Below are positions 10,940 through 22,361 of a stretch of 64,000 bases of DNA, in pieces. The DNA is from Rhynchopus sp. YZ270_cl-10 (taxonomy: Eukaryota). A program made the position numbers and the translations under genes. The notes under the pieces were generated by a model. The model was not told where the DNA came from. It saw only the letters and a program-made list of their open reading frames with translations, and did not search any database. Each line of letters begins with the position of its first letter. Position 1 is the first letter of the stretch. The DNA is taken from contig OZ037835.1 in NCBI GenBank assembly GCA_964035575.1, forward strand, positions 1,984,001-2,048,000. Reading direction: 5' to 3'.

Positions 10940-12394
10940 ATGCCGAAGCGACACGCAGACAGCACGCAGGACGAGAACCCACGAAAGAGAAGACAGCTTT
11001 CTGCAGACGAGGTCTTCGTGGAGGCTGCCGGGAACGGCGACACGACTGCCGTGCGGGCGTTCCTTGAGAAGTTGAACCCAAGGGCCTTCGATGCTGCGCA
11101 CGAGGCATGCAGAGGGAACCACGATGAATGCCTCACACTGCTTCTTCCGTATGTTGAGACAACGCAGATGGGCTTTGGGATGCTGCTGAGTGAGTGTGTC
11201 CACGCAGACCACGTTGCGTGCACGGAGGTCCTCTTGCAGCATTGGAAGTCTGCCTGCAACAACGTGGCGTTTGTCAGGCACGAGTCCAAGCGCAACGCAC
11301 GTAGGTCAGCGTATGCTTGTCCGGCCATGTGGTCAGACCCTGCAGTGTGTCGCGTCTTGATTGATGCAGGGGCAGACTTACATACAAAAAACGAACGCCA
11401 AGAGTCGCCTCTGCGCTGTGCTTGCCAAAAAGGATCACTTGACGTTGTGAAGATGTTGGTTGAAGCAGGTGCAGGAGTGCGTGCCACAGACAACGAAGGA
11501 CTCACGTGTCTTTTCGATGCGGCGCGTAATAATGGACGCATCGAGATTGTTCGCTATCTTGTGGGCTTGCCAGAGGTGGATGTGAATCACCGAGATGTGA
11601 CAAACTACACTCCGTTGCACGACGCGGTGGAGCACACAGTGGTGCAGGTGCTGATTGATGCAGGTGCAGACGTCGACACACAGAACGACGAGGGAAATTC
11701 ACCTCTGCACTGTGCTTGTGTATCACGAGAACTTGACGTTGTGAAGACGTTGGTCAGAGCAGGTGCGGGAGTGCGTGACACAAATGAGGAAGGAGAGACG
11801 TGTCTTATCACTGCAGTGCATCATGGACGCATAGAGATTGTGCGCTATCTTGTGGGCTTGCCAGAGGTGGATGTGAATCACCGAGATGCGGATAACTTCA
11901 CTGCATTGCACTACGCTGTTCTTGAGAAGCACGCAGACGTGGTGCAGGTGCTGATTGATGCGGGTGCAGACATCGACACACAGAACAACGAGGGAAACTC
12001 ACCTCTGCACGTTGCTTGTAGATCAGGATCACTTGACGTTGTGAAGATGTTGGTCAGAGCAGGTGCGGAAGTGTGTGCCACAGACAATGATGGGTGCACG
12101 TGTCTTATCCTTGCGGCACGTTTTGGACACACCGAGACTGTGCGCTATCTTGTGGGCTTGCCAGAGGTGGATGTGAATCACCGAGACACTGAAAAGAACT
12201 ACACTGCGTTGCAGTATGCGGTGGAGGAAAAGCACACAGAAGTTGCACAGATGCTGCTTGATGCGTTGTACTTGCAGTTTGAACAGCAAGAGCAAGAGCA
12301 GCAACAACAACAACAACACCAACAGCAACAACAGGCCGTGCTCCTGAGGCTCCTGGAGAAGGAGAAGCAACGCTCGCAGCAGCGGCAGCAGTGA
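10940..12394 (+). CDS. Ankyrin-repeat protein copy 5 (484 aa, 3 modules, long polyQ tail)
   Basis: Open frame from the family ATG; ankyrin motifs. Confidence 0.93.
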   Translation: MPKRHADSTQDENPRKRRQLSADEVFVEAAGNGDTTAVRAFLEKLNPRAFDAAHEACRGNHDECLTLLLPYVETTQMGFGMLLSECVHADHVACTEVLLQHWKSACNNVAFVRHESKRNARRSAYACPAMWSDPAVCRVLIDAGADLHTKNERQESPLRCACQKGSLDVVKMLVEAGAGVRATDNEGLTCLFDAARNNGRIEIVRYLVGLPEVDVNHRDVTNYTPLHDAVEHTVVQVLIDAGADVDTQNDEGNSPLHCACVSRELDVVKTLVRAGAGVRDTNEEGETCLITAVHHGRIEIVRYLVGLPEVDVNHRDADNFTALHYAVLEKHADVVQVLIDAGADIDTQNNEGNSPLHVACRSGSLDVVKMLVRAGAEVCATDNDGCTCLILAARFGHTETVRYLVGLPEVDVNHRDTEKNYTALQYAVEEKHTEVAQMLLDALYLQFEQQEQEQQQQQQHQQQQQAVLLRLLEKEKQRSQQRQQ

Positions 12395-12663
12395 CCGTGC
12401 TGCCCCCGCCTCCCCTCTGCCCACTGCCATGCACCCGCACACACTGCTCCCGAGCACTCTGGGTGGCGTGGTGGCAGCCCACGACACACCTATGGCATGG
12501 CAGGTGCCGCACACACCACTCTATAGTGGTAGGTAAGGGGGAGGGAGGTGTGCAAGGTGGAAGTGGTGTGGTGATTGAGATCATACAGTGTGGAGCTCAT
12601 CTTCGGGGGAGGGGTCTAAGATAATGATCGCGGGAGTTTTTAAAAGAGGAGGGGGAAGAAAAC

Positions 12664-13012
12664 TGACATTGTGAAGATGTTGGTCAGAGCAGGTGCGGGA
12701 GTACGTGCGACAGACAATGATGGATGCACGTGTCTTATCCTTGCGGCACGTTGTGGACACAACGAGACTGTGCGCTATCTTGTGGGCTTGCCAGAGGTGG
12801 ATGTGAATCACCGAGACACTGTTAAGAACTACACTGCGTTGCAGTATGCGGTGGAGGAAAAGCACACAGATGTTGCACAGGTGCTGCTTGATGTATTGTA
12901 CTTGGAGTTTGAACAACAACAGCAAGAGCAGCAACAACAACAGCAACAACAGGCCGTGCTCCTGAGGCTCCTGGAGAAGGAGAAGCAACGCTCGCAGCAG
13001 CGGCAGCAGTGA
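12664..13012 (+). pseudogene. 3' fragment of an ankyrin gene (last module and polyQ tail) with duplicated 3' flank
   Basis: Starts abruptly at TGACATTGTGAAGATG inside the previous 3' flank; the 3' flank repeats again after it up to ~13386. Confidence 0.85.
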
Positions 13013-13871
13013 CCGTGCTGCCCCCGCCTCCCCTCTGCCCGCTGCAGTGCACCCGCACACACCGCTCCCGAGCACTCTGGGTGGCGTGGTGGCAGCCCAC
13101 GACACACCTATGGCATGGCAGGTGCCGCACACACCACTCTATAGTGGTAGGTAAGGGGGAGGGAGGTGTGCAAGGTGGAAGTGGTGTGGTGATTGAGATC
13201 ATACAGTGTGGAGCTCATCTTCGGGGGAGGGGTCTAAGATAATGATCGCGGGAGTTTTTAAAAGAGGAGGGGGAAGAAAACAGCGTTTTATCAGTAGAAT
13301 ACAGTATTAGTTGGGAAGTCCAGGTACCGATAAACAAAAAGGGGATGCGTCCAATGAAAATCACGTCAGTAGAAGAGTTCAATAATCATAGATGGTAGTC
13401 TGGCGGAGTCTGGCAGAGTCTGGCAGACTTTTTTTTGCACTTTTTCAGACTTTAAAAAGCAAAAAAAAAGTCTGGCAGACTAAAAAAAAGTCTGGCGAAA
13501 AGTCTGGCGAGAAAAAAAAGTCTGGCAGACTCCAAAAGTCTGGCGAAAAGTCTGGCGAGTGCTGGATTACGAGCAAAAAGTTGAGGGGGCCTGAAAAAAA
13601 TAATTTGGGGGCGATGCACCCCCCCCCATAGGGGGTCCGACTCCCACGTAAATTTTTGTCCGGTTTTTAATTTTTTCAATATCAGGCCATTTCCCGGGCA
13701 CCCCCGGGCGAATTCTGCCCCCAAAATAATATATCTGGGCACTGTGGGCCTAAATTCACCCTCTAGATACCCCAAAATACAAAAAAAAATGAAAAATATG
13801 GTGAAAATAGGCTATTTTGGCCTTAGGCAAAATGGCCGATTTTGACTAAAAATGGTGTCTCCAAAAAAAAA

Positions 13872-14195
13872 ATCAAAAAAAGCCCAAAAAATAGACGAAA
13901 AAAGTCGTCTCTGGACACAATTTCGACGGAAATAAGTGGGTTGAGTCAATTGCAACCGGTTTTTCACCCTTTTGACAATTTTGCGACGCTTTTTTTGCGT
14001 TTTTTTTGTCCCCATCCCATCCCCATCCCACCCTCATCCCACCGCACGCGTTTTTTCACGTAAAAACACAAAAAAACACCGAATAAAGTGTCAAAATAGT
14101 GAAACCCTGTTTTCAATTGACTCAAAACACATTTTTGGGTCGAAATTGTGTCCAGAGACGACTTTTTTCGTCTATTTTTTGGGCTTTTTTTTGAT
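13872..14195. mobile_element. Foldback/MITE-like element with long inverted arms
   Basis: 13872-13927 is the near-perfect reverse complement of 14139-14195; weaker inverted matches (TTGAGTCAATTG/CAATTGACTCAA) continue inward. Confidence 0.65.
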
Positions 14196-15490
14196 GAACA
14201 AGATAAAACAAAAAGCTTGCGTTTCTTTTATCGAACAGATTTTATTCTCCGCCCCGTACCCAAAACATAAACACCACTGTGAATCAGAAAAAATATTTTC
14301 CCTTTTCTTTTTTCTTCCACACACGCTTGTTTTTGTGCTTCGTTCATTTTTTATTAAAAAAGCTTTCCCTCCCTCCACTCCCTGCTTTCTTCTTCAAAAA
14401 ATTTTATGCCTTGTTGGCTAACCTGCTTGTCCAGTCGTTGAGCTGTGTCATACTTGGTGGTCCTGCTTGAGTAAAGTTCTTGGTTGAGCCCTGGTGTGAG
14501 ACTGAGTGCCGAGGGGGCTAGTCTTTCATGGGTGATGAGTTCTTATGGCTCTCAGGTGGGGATCGAGTATCTGATGCTCGGATATGTTTCATGTTTTTCG
14601 GCTTTTCTATGTGCCGTTGGCACTTTGTTTGTTCTTCTGCGACGCGAACACTGATGAGTTTATACTTGGTAACCCTGCGTGAGTACAGTTCTTAGATGAT
14701 CCTGGTGAGAGATTCAGTTCTTGGTTGAGCCAGGTGACGAGTTCTTGTGACGTCTCGTATGGGGGTCCTGCTTGAGTGAAGTTCTTGGTTGAGCTAGGTT
14801 AGAGATTAAGTTCTTGGTGGAGCCTAGTGATGAGTTCTCGGGATCTCTTGCATGACTTGAGTATTTTGCTCGATGGTTTTTCGTGGTTTTTTCTGTGCCT
14901 TTTGCACTCTGTTTTGTTTCTTCTGCATCACATACACTGATGAGTTTTATACTTGGTAACCCTGCGTGAGTACAGTTCTTGGATGAGCCTGGTGAGAGGA
15001 GGTACCCTAATATTCGCCCCTGGTTGCCCCAATTCGCGCCAATTCGCGTTTTGTACTTAGCCGTTTTTTCGCGAAAAAAAACGCGAATTGGCGCGAATTG
15101 GCGCGACACGATTAGGGTATGAAATTCGCGCCAATTAGCGTTTTTTTCCACAGGGGGGACCCTTTGGTCGTCGAAATTCCCCAGCCAAAATTGGTCACAA
15201 AATCGGCCGATTTTTCAAAAATCTCAAAAAAAAAAAAAATTTTTTTTTTTCACAAGTGTTTTTGAGGCCTGTTCACTACACCTGGGTACCCTTCTGGGAC
15301 CAAAAAGTCCAAAAAAGCAAGAATTGGGCTGTTTTGAGCCTCTAAAGTCAATTCCCCAGCCATTTTTTGTACCACCCCAGCCATTTTGTATGGGCCAGCG
15401 CCTTAGCGAAAAATCGAAAAATCTCAAAAAAAAAAAATTTTTTTTTTTTTTCACAAGTGCTTTTGAGGCCTGCTCACTACACCCTAGGCA

Positions 15491-16190
15491 CAGAGTCCGC
15501 GGAACACCCCCGTTCACCCCGTCCCGGACGGGGGTCAATTATTTTCCAAAAACCGACCCCCGTCCCAAACCCCCGTCCAGGGACGGGGGTTTTGGATTTT
15601 TTTTTGGGGGGGAGGAGGGGCCCATATTATGGGGAATTTTTTGAGATACCATCGAGCCGGACTCAATTGGTCAAACGTCGAAGGAAAAGGAAGCACGCAG
15701 CATGGCGAAAGGAAAAAAGTAGCGTACCGTGCGCCTGCGGCGCAAGCCTGCATCACACCATTCCCGTGACATTGTTTGCCTGTAAAAATGTACAATTTTA
15801 AGCGCATTTTTTTGAAATGTTGCGTACCGTGGCTTCGCTTGGAACCTTTGGGTGACATACCGCCGTTTCTTTTGTAAAAAAACTGAGGTTACTGATAATT
15901 CGTGCACCATGTGTGCCTGGTGCAAATATCAATAAAGTGCCGAACTCCGCCGTCGGATAACCGAGCAATTCTCACATTCCGCCGGAGGCCCCCAACTTGA
16001 GCTGGGGTGGGGACCCGGGCGCGCGAAGCGCGCCCGGGCTCGACCGAGTTTTGATCTTCTTCTTCCTGTGACTAGCTTGTCAGCGGACGGAGAAAGCTCG
16101 GGAGAGGTTTTTTTTTTTTTTGTTTTTTGGGCGGGACGGGGGTTGGAAGGGGGTGCATAATTAATTTTCGGGGGAGGTCCGCGGGCTCTG
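15491..16190. mobile_element. hAT-type non-autonomous element (700 bp)
   Basis: TIR CAGAGTCCGCGGA / TCCGCGGGCTCTG (12/13); 8-bp TSD CCTAGGCA at 15483-15490 and 16191-16198. Confidence 0.88.
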
Positions 16191-16554
16191 CCTAGGCACC
16201 CTTCTGAGACCAAAAAGTCAAAAAAAGCATGAATTGGGCTGTTTTGAGCATCTAGAGTTTATTCCCCAGCCATTTTCTGTACCACCAGTGCACTTTGTAT
16301 GGGCCAGCGCCTTGTCGAAAAATCGAAAAATCTCAAAAAAAAAAATTTTTTTTTCGGGAAAATTTCGACCACTGAGGTGGGTCTTTGGGCACCAAAAAAT
16401 GCAAAAAAAATGCAAAAATCGGGTGTTTTGACCATCTGTGGTTACACAAAACACACTTCTGTGTACAAGCCTACACCAATACAGTGGTAATACAAGGCGA
16501 TTTTTGACCAAAAAAAAAATTTTTTTTTCGCCCAAAATCGGGCGTGGTACGTCA

Positions 16555-16783
16555 TAAAATGTATTCACAAAAAATCACAAGCAATCACAAACAAAAAATC
16601 TTATTCACACAAAATCACAAAAAATAAATCCTATTCGCAAAAAATCACAAACGATCACAAAAAATCACGAAAATCACAAAAAATCACAAGCAATCACAAA
16701 AAAAAAATCCTATTCACAAAAAATCAAAAAGAATGATTTTTGTGATTTTTTGTGATTTGTTGTGAATAGGATTTTTTTTTTTG

Positions 16784-16815
<32 letters not shown>
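16555..16815. repeat. AAAATCACAA subrepeat array in direct then inverted orientation
   Basis: Many AAAATCACAA copies followed by TTGTGATTTT copies and a poly-T run. Confidence 0.7.
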
Positions 16816-16816
<1 letters not shown>

Positions 16817-16825
16817 GATTACCTA

Positions 16826-17583
16826 CAGGGCGTTCGCTATCGCCATCGTTTTTTCCTGATCGTGGCGAAATGCCAAAACCCCCGAAATTTTCGTTTTTTT
16901 ACTAGTGCTTAAAATAGGTCAAAAAAATTTTCCCGCCGGAGAGAAGTTAGTTCGTGGGGTGAATCCCTGGTACTGAATGGTCAAAAAAAATTTGCGATTT
17001 GCGCGTGATCCCTTCCCCAGCACAAGTGATATTACAGCTGAACTTTCCTGATACTAAAACCAGCAAAACGATGGAGAATTTCATCAATCCCCCCTCACTG
17101 AGGGTCTCTTTGTGTTGTTTAATCAAGCAGATGTACAAGAGAGAGGCATCTGTCATATGAGACTTCATCCTTATTTTGATTATTTTCAACTCTCTGCCAT
17201 TGAAGATAGAGTTGACACGAGCAGTGACACCTTCTATAACAGGGGGTACGGTACACCTTCAGCAGACTGCAGGATTGAGGAGCGAGCGGGAGTGCTGGGA
17301 AAACTTCCTCTCACGGCAGGCGGGTTTGCGGATGATTTTGAGTACAGTGGACACCCCCTCTGCGACCCCCCCTCCGGGGGGGTCGACAGGGTGGTGGGGA
17401 GAAATCTCTCTCTCTTTCCCCCCCCCCCCCCCCCCCTTTTTTTTATTTATTTATTTATTTATTTATTTATACAGGGTTTCGCCCCGGTGGGGCGAAGCCC
17501 TGGGGCGAAATAAAATGTCATTTTTTCAGGAACAGATTTTTTTAACGAAAAAAAATATTTTTCGCCCCGGGGCGAACGCCCTG
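16826..17583 (-). mobile_element. hAT-type internally deleted element (758 bp) with decayed dimerisation-domain remnant
   Basis: Perfect 12-bp TIR CAGGGCGTTCGC / GCGAACGCCCTG; 8-bp TSD ATTACCTA. Minus strand ~17250-17120 reads YPLL*KVSLLVSTLSSMAES, then in a shifted frame LKIIKIRMKSHMTDASLLYICLIK. Confidence 0.88.
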
Positions 17584-18694
17584 ATTACCTACATTGTAGG
17601 CGGATTTTTTGTATTTATTTTGTGTGATTTGTTGGCCCAAAAAATCCAAGGAAAACCTTCGATTGGGCAAATTATGAAAAAAATTTTCAAGTCAAATTTT
17701 CAACCAAAATACGGTCATTTTGTTCACACAGTGATTCTACGTCATGCTAGCTTCCTGTGCAGAACTCCAGCAATTCACCAATGCCGGCATCTATCTTTCC
17801 ATTATCGCCATTGCACTTCGGTCATTTTGTGCATACCCTGTGACTGTGGTGGCTAGAGAACACGCACATGCAGACCCGTTCCTTGCAATTTCCAGTGTTG
17901 TGTTTATCAATGCATGCATCCAGAGGACCTCTGGTTTACGAAATCGTAGGCACTCCTGTGCAAAAATGAAGTCGGTTTTTGACCCAAAATCGGGGTGGGT
18001 GGGCCATAATTTGCTCCAAATTTGGCCGAAAATTGGGATTTTTCTGAAAATTTTCATTGTGCCCAGCAAAAATCCTTGATTTTTTGAAGAATTTTCCAAA
18101 AAATATGCTATACCCCCTATGACTGGACCCAACTCCCCTCACCCTTTTTTTCCCCGAAAAAAGCCCCCAAAATGCCTACCATTTTTACCATTTTTACCAT
18201 TTTTGACCAATTTAGGGTACCTCCAGAGATTAAGTTCTTGGTTGAGCCAGGTGACGAGTTCTTGTGACGTCTCGTATGGGGGTCCTGCTTGAGTGAAGTT
18301 CTTGGTTGAGCTAGGTTAGAGATTAAGTTTCTTGTTGGAGCCTAGTGATGAGTTCTTGTGATCTCTCGTATGGATTGGTCTTGCTTGGGTGAGTTCTTGG
18401 TTGAGCTAGGTTAGAGATTAAGTTCTTGTTGGAGCCTAGTGATGAGTTCTCGGGATCTCTTGCATGACTTGAGTATTTTGCTCGATGGTTTTTCGTGGTT
18501 TTTCTGTGCCTTTTGCACTCTGTTTTGTTTCTTCTGCATCACATACACTGATGAGTTTTATACTTGGTAACCCTGCGTGAGTACAGTTCTTGGATGAGCC
18601 TGGTGAGAGATTAAGTTCTTGGTTGAGCCAGGTGACGAGTTCTTGTGACGTCTCGTATGGGGGTCCTGCTTGAGTGAAGTTCTTGGTTGAGCTA

Positions 18695-19596
18695 GGTTAG
18701 AGATTAAGTTTCTTGTTGGAGCCTAGTGATGAGTTCTTGTGATCTCTCGTATGGATTGGTCTTGCTTGGGTGAGTTCTTGGTTGAGCTAGGTTAGAGATT
18801 AAGTTCTTGTTGGAGCCTAGTGATGAGTTCTCGGGATCTCTTGCTTGACTTGAGTATTAGCGTCTCGGATGTTTTTTGATGCTCTCTCCCGGTGCTGTTT
18901 GCACTCTGTTTTGCCATTCTTTTTCGCTGCATGAAAGTCAAATGAGTCTGTACCTGTATTTAAGTTAAGATCCTGGTTGATCTCGTGGATTGGACAGAGC
19001 ACTTGTGGGCTCGCCTGTCCGGGGAAGAGAGCTGGTGGTCTCTCGTAGGACAGAGTGCGGGATACTCGGGTGTCCTTCGTGTTTCTTTCTCGGTGCCGTG
19101 TGCACCCTTCGCTCCCCTGGCTCCATGACTGTTAGTGTTGTTTTTTCTCTTACATAGTGCTCTTGTAGCCTTTAGTGGATTGAGTGCTGGATGCTTGCTA
19201 ACATCTCTTGTGGCTTTCTTACGATTTTTTCTGCTACGCTCGTCGTAGCGCTTTCTTGTGACGCTTCTCTGTTCCCTCTCTGGAACATGTATACATGTTT
19301 CTATTTGCTCTGTCAGTACACAGCCTAGCGGCGTGTCTGCTCTTACGTATCTCTTGTTCTTTGTCATAAAGCAGAAAAATATGCAAAATGCAGCAAACTT
19401 TAAAAAACCCCTGCACCTGTGTTGTCATGGTTTCCCTTGTTTCGAGTGCGAAACGTTTCTCCATGTATTGCACGGGAAACAATATGACAAACAGGTGCAG
19501 GGTGGTTCCGTGCTTATCATAGAACCTGGCACCTTGTGTGTCTCCCAAAAACCAAAAAAGCGTTGTGTGTGTAGTTTTGAAGGAAGGAAAAATAAA
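18695..19596 (+). repeat. ~900-bp segment duplicated at 51543-52444
   Basis: Identical ORF translations at a constant offset of 32848 (e.g. 18817 vs 51665, 18960 vs 51808). Confidence 0.9.
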
Positions 19597-21656
19597 ATTT
19601 TATGCACAAAATCACTATTCTTCATCAAAAATCCCGCTGCATTTTTTACAATGTACCCTAATTTTTTTTCGCCTGCGGCGCCGCACGTAGCGCGCCCGGG
19701 TTTGGGACCCCTTCTTGAATTTCGAGGGGGCGGTTCACGTTACAGTGGGTCCAGAATCGTAGTTCAATTTAACCCCGCTAAGTAACTCGACCAAAACGTG
19801 TATCAGCCAAGAACTTGTCCATTTTTTTCAAAATGACCCCGTTACAGTGAGGGTAAAAGTTTGCGGAGATGCTCGGAAAACCCGAAAAAGGCCAAAAATC
19901 CCCCCAAAAGGGAAAAACGAGAACATGTTTCGGCAGGGGGGCAGCGTGTTCTCAGAAAAATCCAAAAATCACCTGAAATCCTTATAAAAAACCTGGTGCC
20001 CGATCCAAAAAAATGGAAAAAGCCCGGGTGCCCGCCCACCCCTGCAAAAATCGACTTGTACAGCCATTGCTTTGGTGTGGGCTTGTTCACACCGGGCAGA
20101 GTGCGAGTTATTCTCAGCAACACGGCCCCGCCCGGCCCCCCAGATTTTTCCCGTAAGAAAACTACCTGCGCGAACCAGGCTTTTTTTGTCCTCCCTCAAG
20201 TGCTCCCTCGAACCTGGCGGGAGGGAGGGAAATAGCTATTTACTGACGCAGTGGTGGGTTTGTACGTCCAATGATGTTCTCGTACCTGGAGAGTGGACCG
20301 AGTGCGAGGTATGTTTTTAACCCCCGGTTTTCATCACCCCCGCTCCCCCGTTTCGACATTGTCCCGCTCTGGATGTACGTCTCGTCTCCGGATGTAAATT
20401 GAAGCTATTTTTTCCCGCCCAAATTAGCGACTACCAAGATTTGTGCTCCTCTATCTATCTCTTGTTGGGTGTCCACCCCGGTACAGCCGGTCATGTACCA
20501 AGGTACACTGTTCACGAGAGGGTTTTGTATTTCAAGTCATTGACTCAACTTCTTTTTTTTTGTTAGTAACGTCACTTTTGTCCTCAATTTCTCTTAACAG
20601 GTACCCGAACCGACGACCCTTCATTGTGACAGCGAAGCAGTGCCGACGGACGAGCTGGTGCAAATATTTCAAAATCAGGTGGCGACCGAGACCACCCCAA
20701 TTATTATGAAACTCTTAGTCAGTCACTGCTATAGCCATTTAACCCAGGGAGCATAGCTAGTGCAAGAAATTCGACTTCGGGATCCGGAAAGTCTGTCCTC
20801 TGCTTGCGGAGGACTAGACACAAGAAAATATTGCGTTCCCCCAGAAACCAGTTTTTGTCACAGTAATTTTTGCCCAGGGCATGCTCTTGAAGCATGGCGG
20901 CTTGGTGTGAGAAGGGGCAGTGTGTTGTTTTGTTCTAGATTTCAACGGTTGTTAGAACGAGTCAAGTGGATGCTTATCTAAACACTGACTTTAGTACAGA
21001 CCCGAGAGATCACACATGACTTTGAGGAAAGAACAAAGCAATGCATCTGTACCCGCACGCCAGGTTGTAGTTACTTCAGAATTTTCTTAAGTTTGCGCGA
21101 AAGAGAGCGGGGGCAACTCCTTTGTGTCATAAGTCCGCTGTGCAGAACAAAGCTAGGAACCTTAAAACACTACCTGCGTGGTGGCTGAATTCACATCCCT
21201 TAGAATTACCAGAATTCAGCCTTTGTTGAAGTAACGTACATACTTGTATGTGCGTGTCACGCTTCTCCATCCTTAAATGGGTGCACTGCTTCACTGCAGC
21301 GGGTAAGCCTCTCTCGACTAGTGCAAACTTAAGAATTTTCTGCTGTAACTTACCAAAATCGATTTTCTTTCACCCCAAACACCCGCAACACCCCACCTGC
21401 TACTTCGGTAGCCTGTGTTGTTGGGAGTTGGTTCTCATGTTGATCCCCAGTGTTTTGCACTGCTTCTTCTGAGCCCAACGCTGTTTGGCCTGTCGACGTA
21501 ATAAATACGAAGACAGGGCGGCGGTGCCAACAATTTTCCGATGATGTAACGTTTATCTGATTGATTTATCGTTTGATATACCTTGTGTGCTACTTCATGC
21601 ACACCCAAGAAAGGTTATTGAACGGTACTTTCAAGCGATACTTCGTTATGTCATTG

Positions 21657-21801
21657 GGGGTACCTGGGTACCTGGGTACCTGGGTACCTGGGTACCTGGG
21701 TACCTGGGTACCTGGGTACCTGGGTACCTGGGTACCTGGGTACCTGGGTACCTGGGTACCTGGGTACCTGGGTACCTGGGCACCTGGGTACCTGGTGCCT
21801 G
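21657..21801. repeat. 9-bp minisatellite (GGGTACCTG)n, about 15 copies
   Basis: Read directly from the sequence. Confidence 0.95.
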
Positions 21802-21887
21802 TATTTTGACAGGTGGTACCTGTCAAAATGACAGGTACCACCTGTCAAAAATTTTCACCTGTCATTTTACTAGTAAAATCACCTGTC

Positions 21888-22280
21888 ATGGTCATAACTA
21901 GTCCGTCGTGCGTGCGTCCAGGGGACGCACCCGTGAAGGCACCTGAAGGAGCGGTTCCGATCTTCCAGTTTGCGATATGTGTGCTGCACCGGAAGACGAA
22001 GTGTGATGCCTGCTCGAAGAACGCCCAGGCAGACCTGATGCATTGCTGCTTTGCGCACCACTCCAACGACGACGGGTTACCGATCCGACACGAAGCATGC
22101 ACTAAGCATAGACTCTCGAGGTGCGGGAACTGTGTGCAAGAGAAGAGTACGCTGGAGCACTGCTGCCGCCGCCACCACGACACCTCGAAGGGGCGACAGA
22201 CGACGCTGGGAGGCTTCTTCAAGAAGAAGCAGACGAAGCAGAAGGATGGGCACAGCAGGGGCGGTGATGGACTTATGTAA
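21888..22280 (+). CDS. Small Cys/His-rich protein (or 3' part of a gene) with two CxxHx4CxxCx8-9HCCxxHH repeats and a C-terminal PIP box
   Basis: CVLHRKTKCDACSKNAQADLMHCCFAHH and CTKHRLSRCGNCVQEKSTLEHCCRRHH; QTTLGGFFKKK; GC-rich, coding-like codons. Start uncertain (ATG at 21828 or 21888). Confidence 0.65.
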   Translation: MVITSPSCVRPGDAPVKAPEGAVPIFQFAICVLHRKTKCDACSKNAQADLMHCCFAHHSNDDGLPIRHEACTKHRLSRCGNCVQEKSTLEHCCRRHHDTSKGRQTTLGGFFKKKQTKQKDGHSRGGDGLM

Positions 22281-22361
22281 CATCACCTCCACGATGTATT
22301 GTATCACCTATCTCGGATAGGGGTGCATGCATCGAAAACGGCCCCCCACAGACGTCTTGGA

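Larger units (their letters stand above)
14998..18224. mobile_element. Non-autonomous DNA transposon, 13-bp TIR, 3-bp TSD; carries nested elements
   Basis: TIR GGAGGTACCCTAA / TTAGGGTACCTCC with AGA on both sides; the empty site GGTGAGAGATTAAG is present at ~18602. Confidence 0.85.
14625..18850. repeat. Tandem repeat (~380-bp units built from GTTCTTGGTTGAGC-type subrepeats), split by a transposon insertion
   Basis: Related units start near 14707, 18226 and 18607; 14998-18224 interrupts one unit. Confidence 0.75.

Noticed and set aside
13389..13560. TAGATG-starting block with AGTCTGGC repeats, resembling a transposon end
   Set aside because: No matching opposite terminus or TSD found.
18225..18850. 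Regularly spaced repeats resembling a CRISPR array
   Set aside because: The intervening sequences are themselves repeated, there are no unique spacers or cas genes, and the context is eukaryotic.
20600..21550. Coding-like stretch after a pyrimidine-AG
   Set aside because: Interrupted by stops, with no recognisable domain.
21561..21848. GTWVPGYL-repeat ORFs
   Set aside because: Translation of the 9-bp minisatellite.
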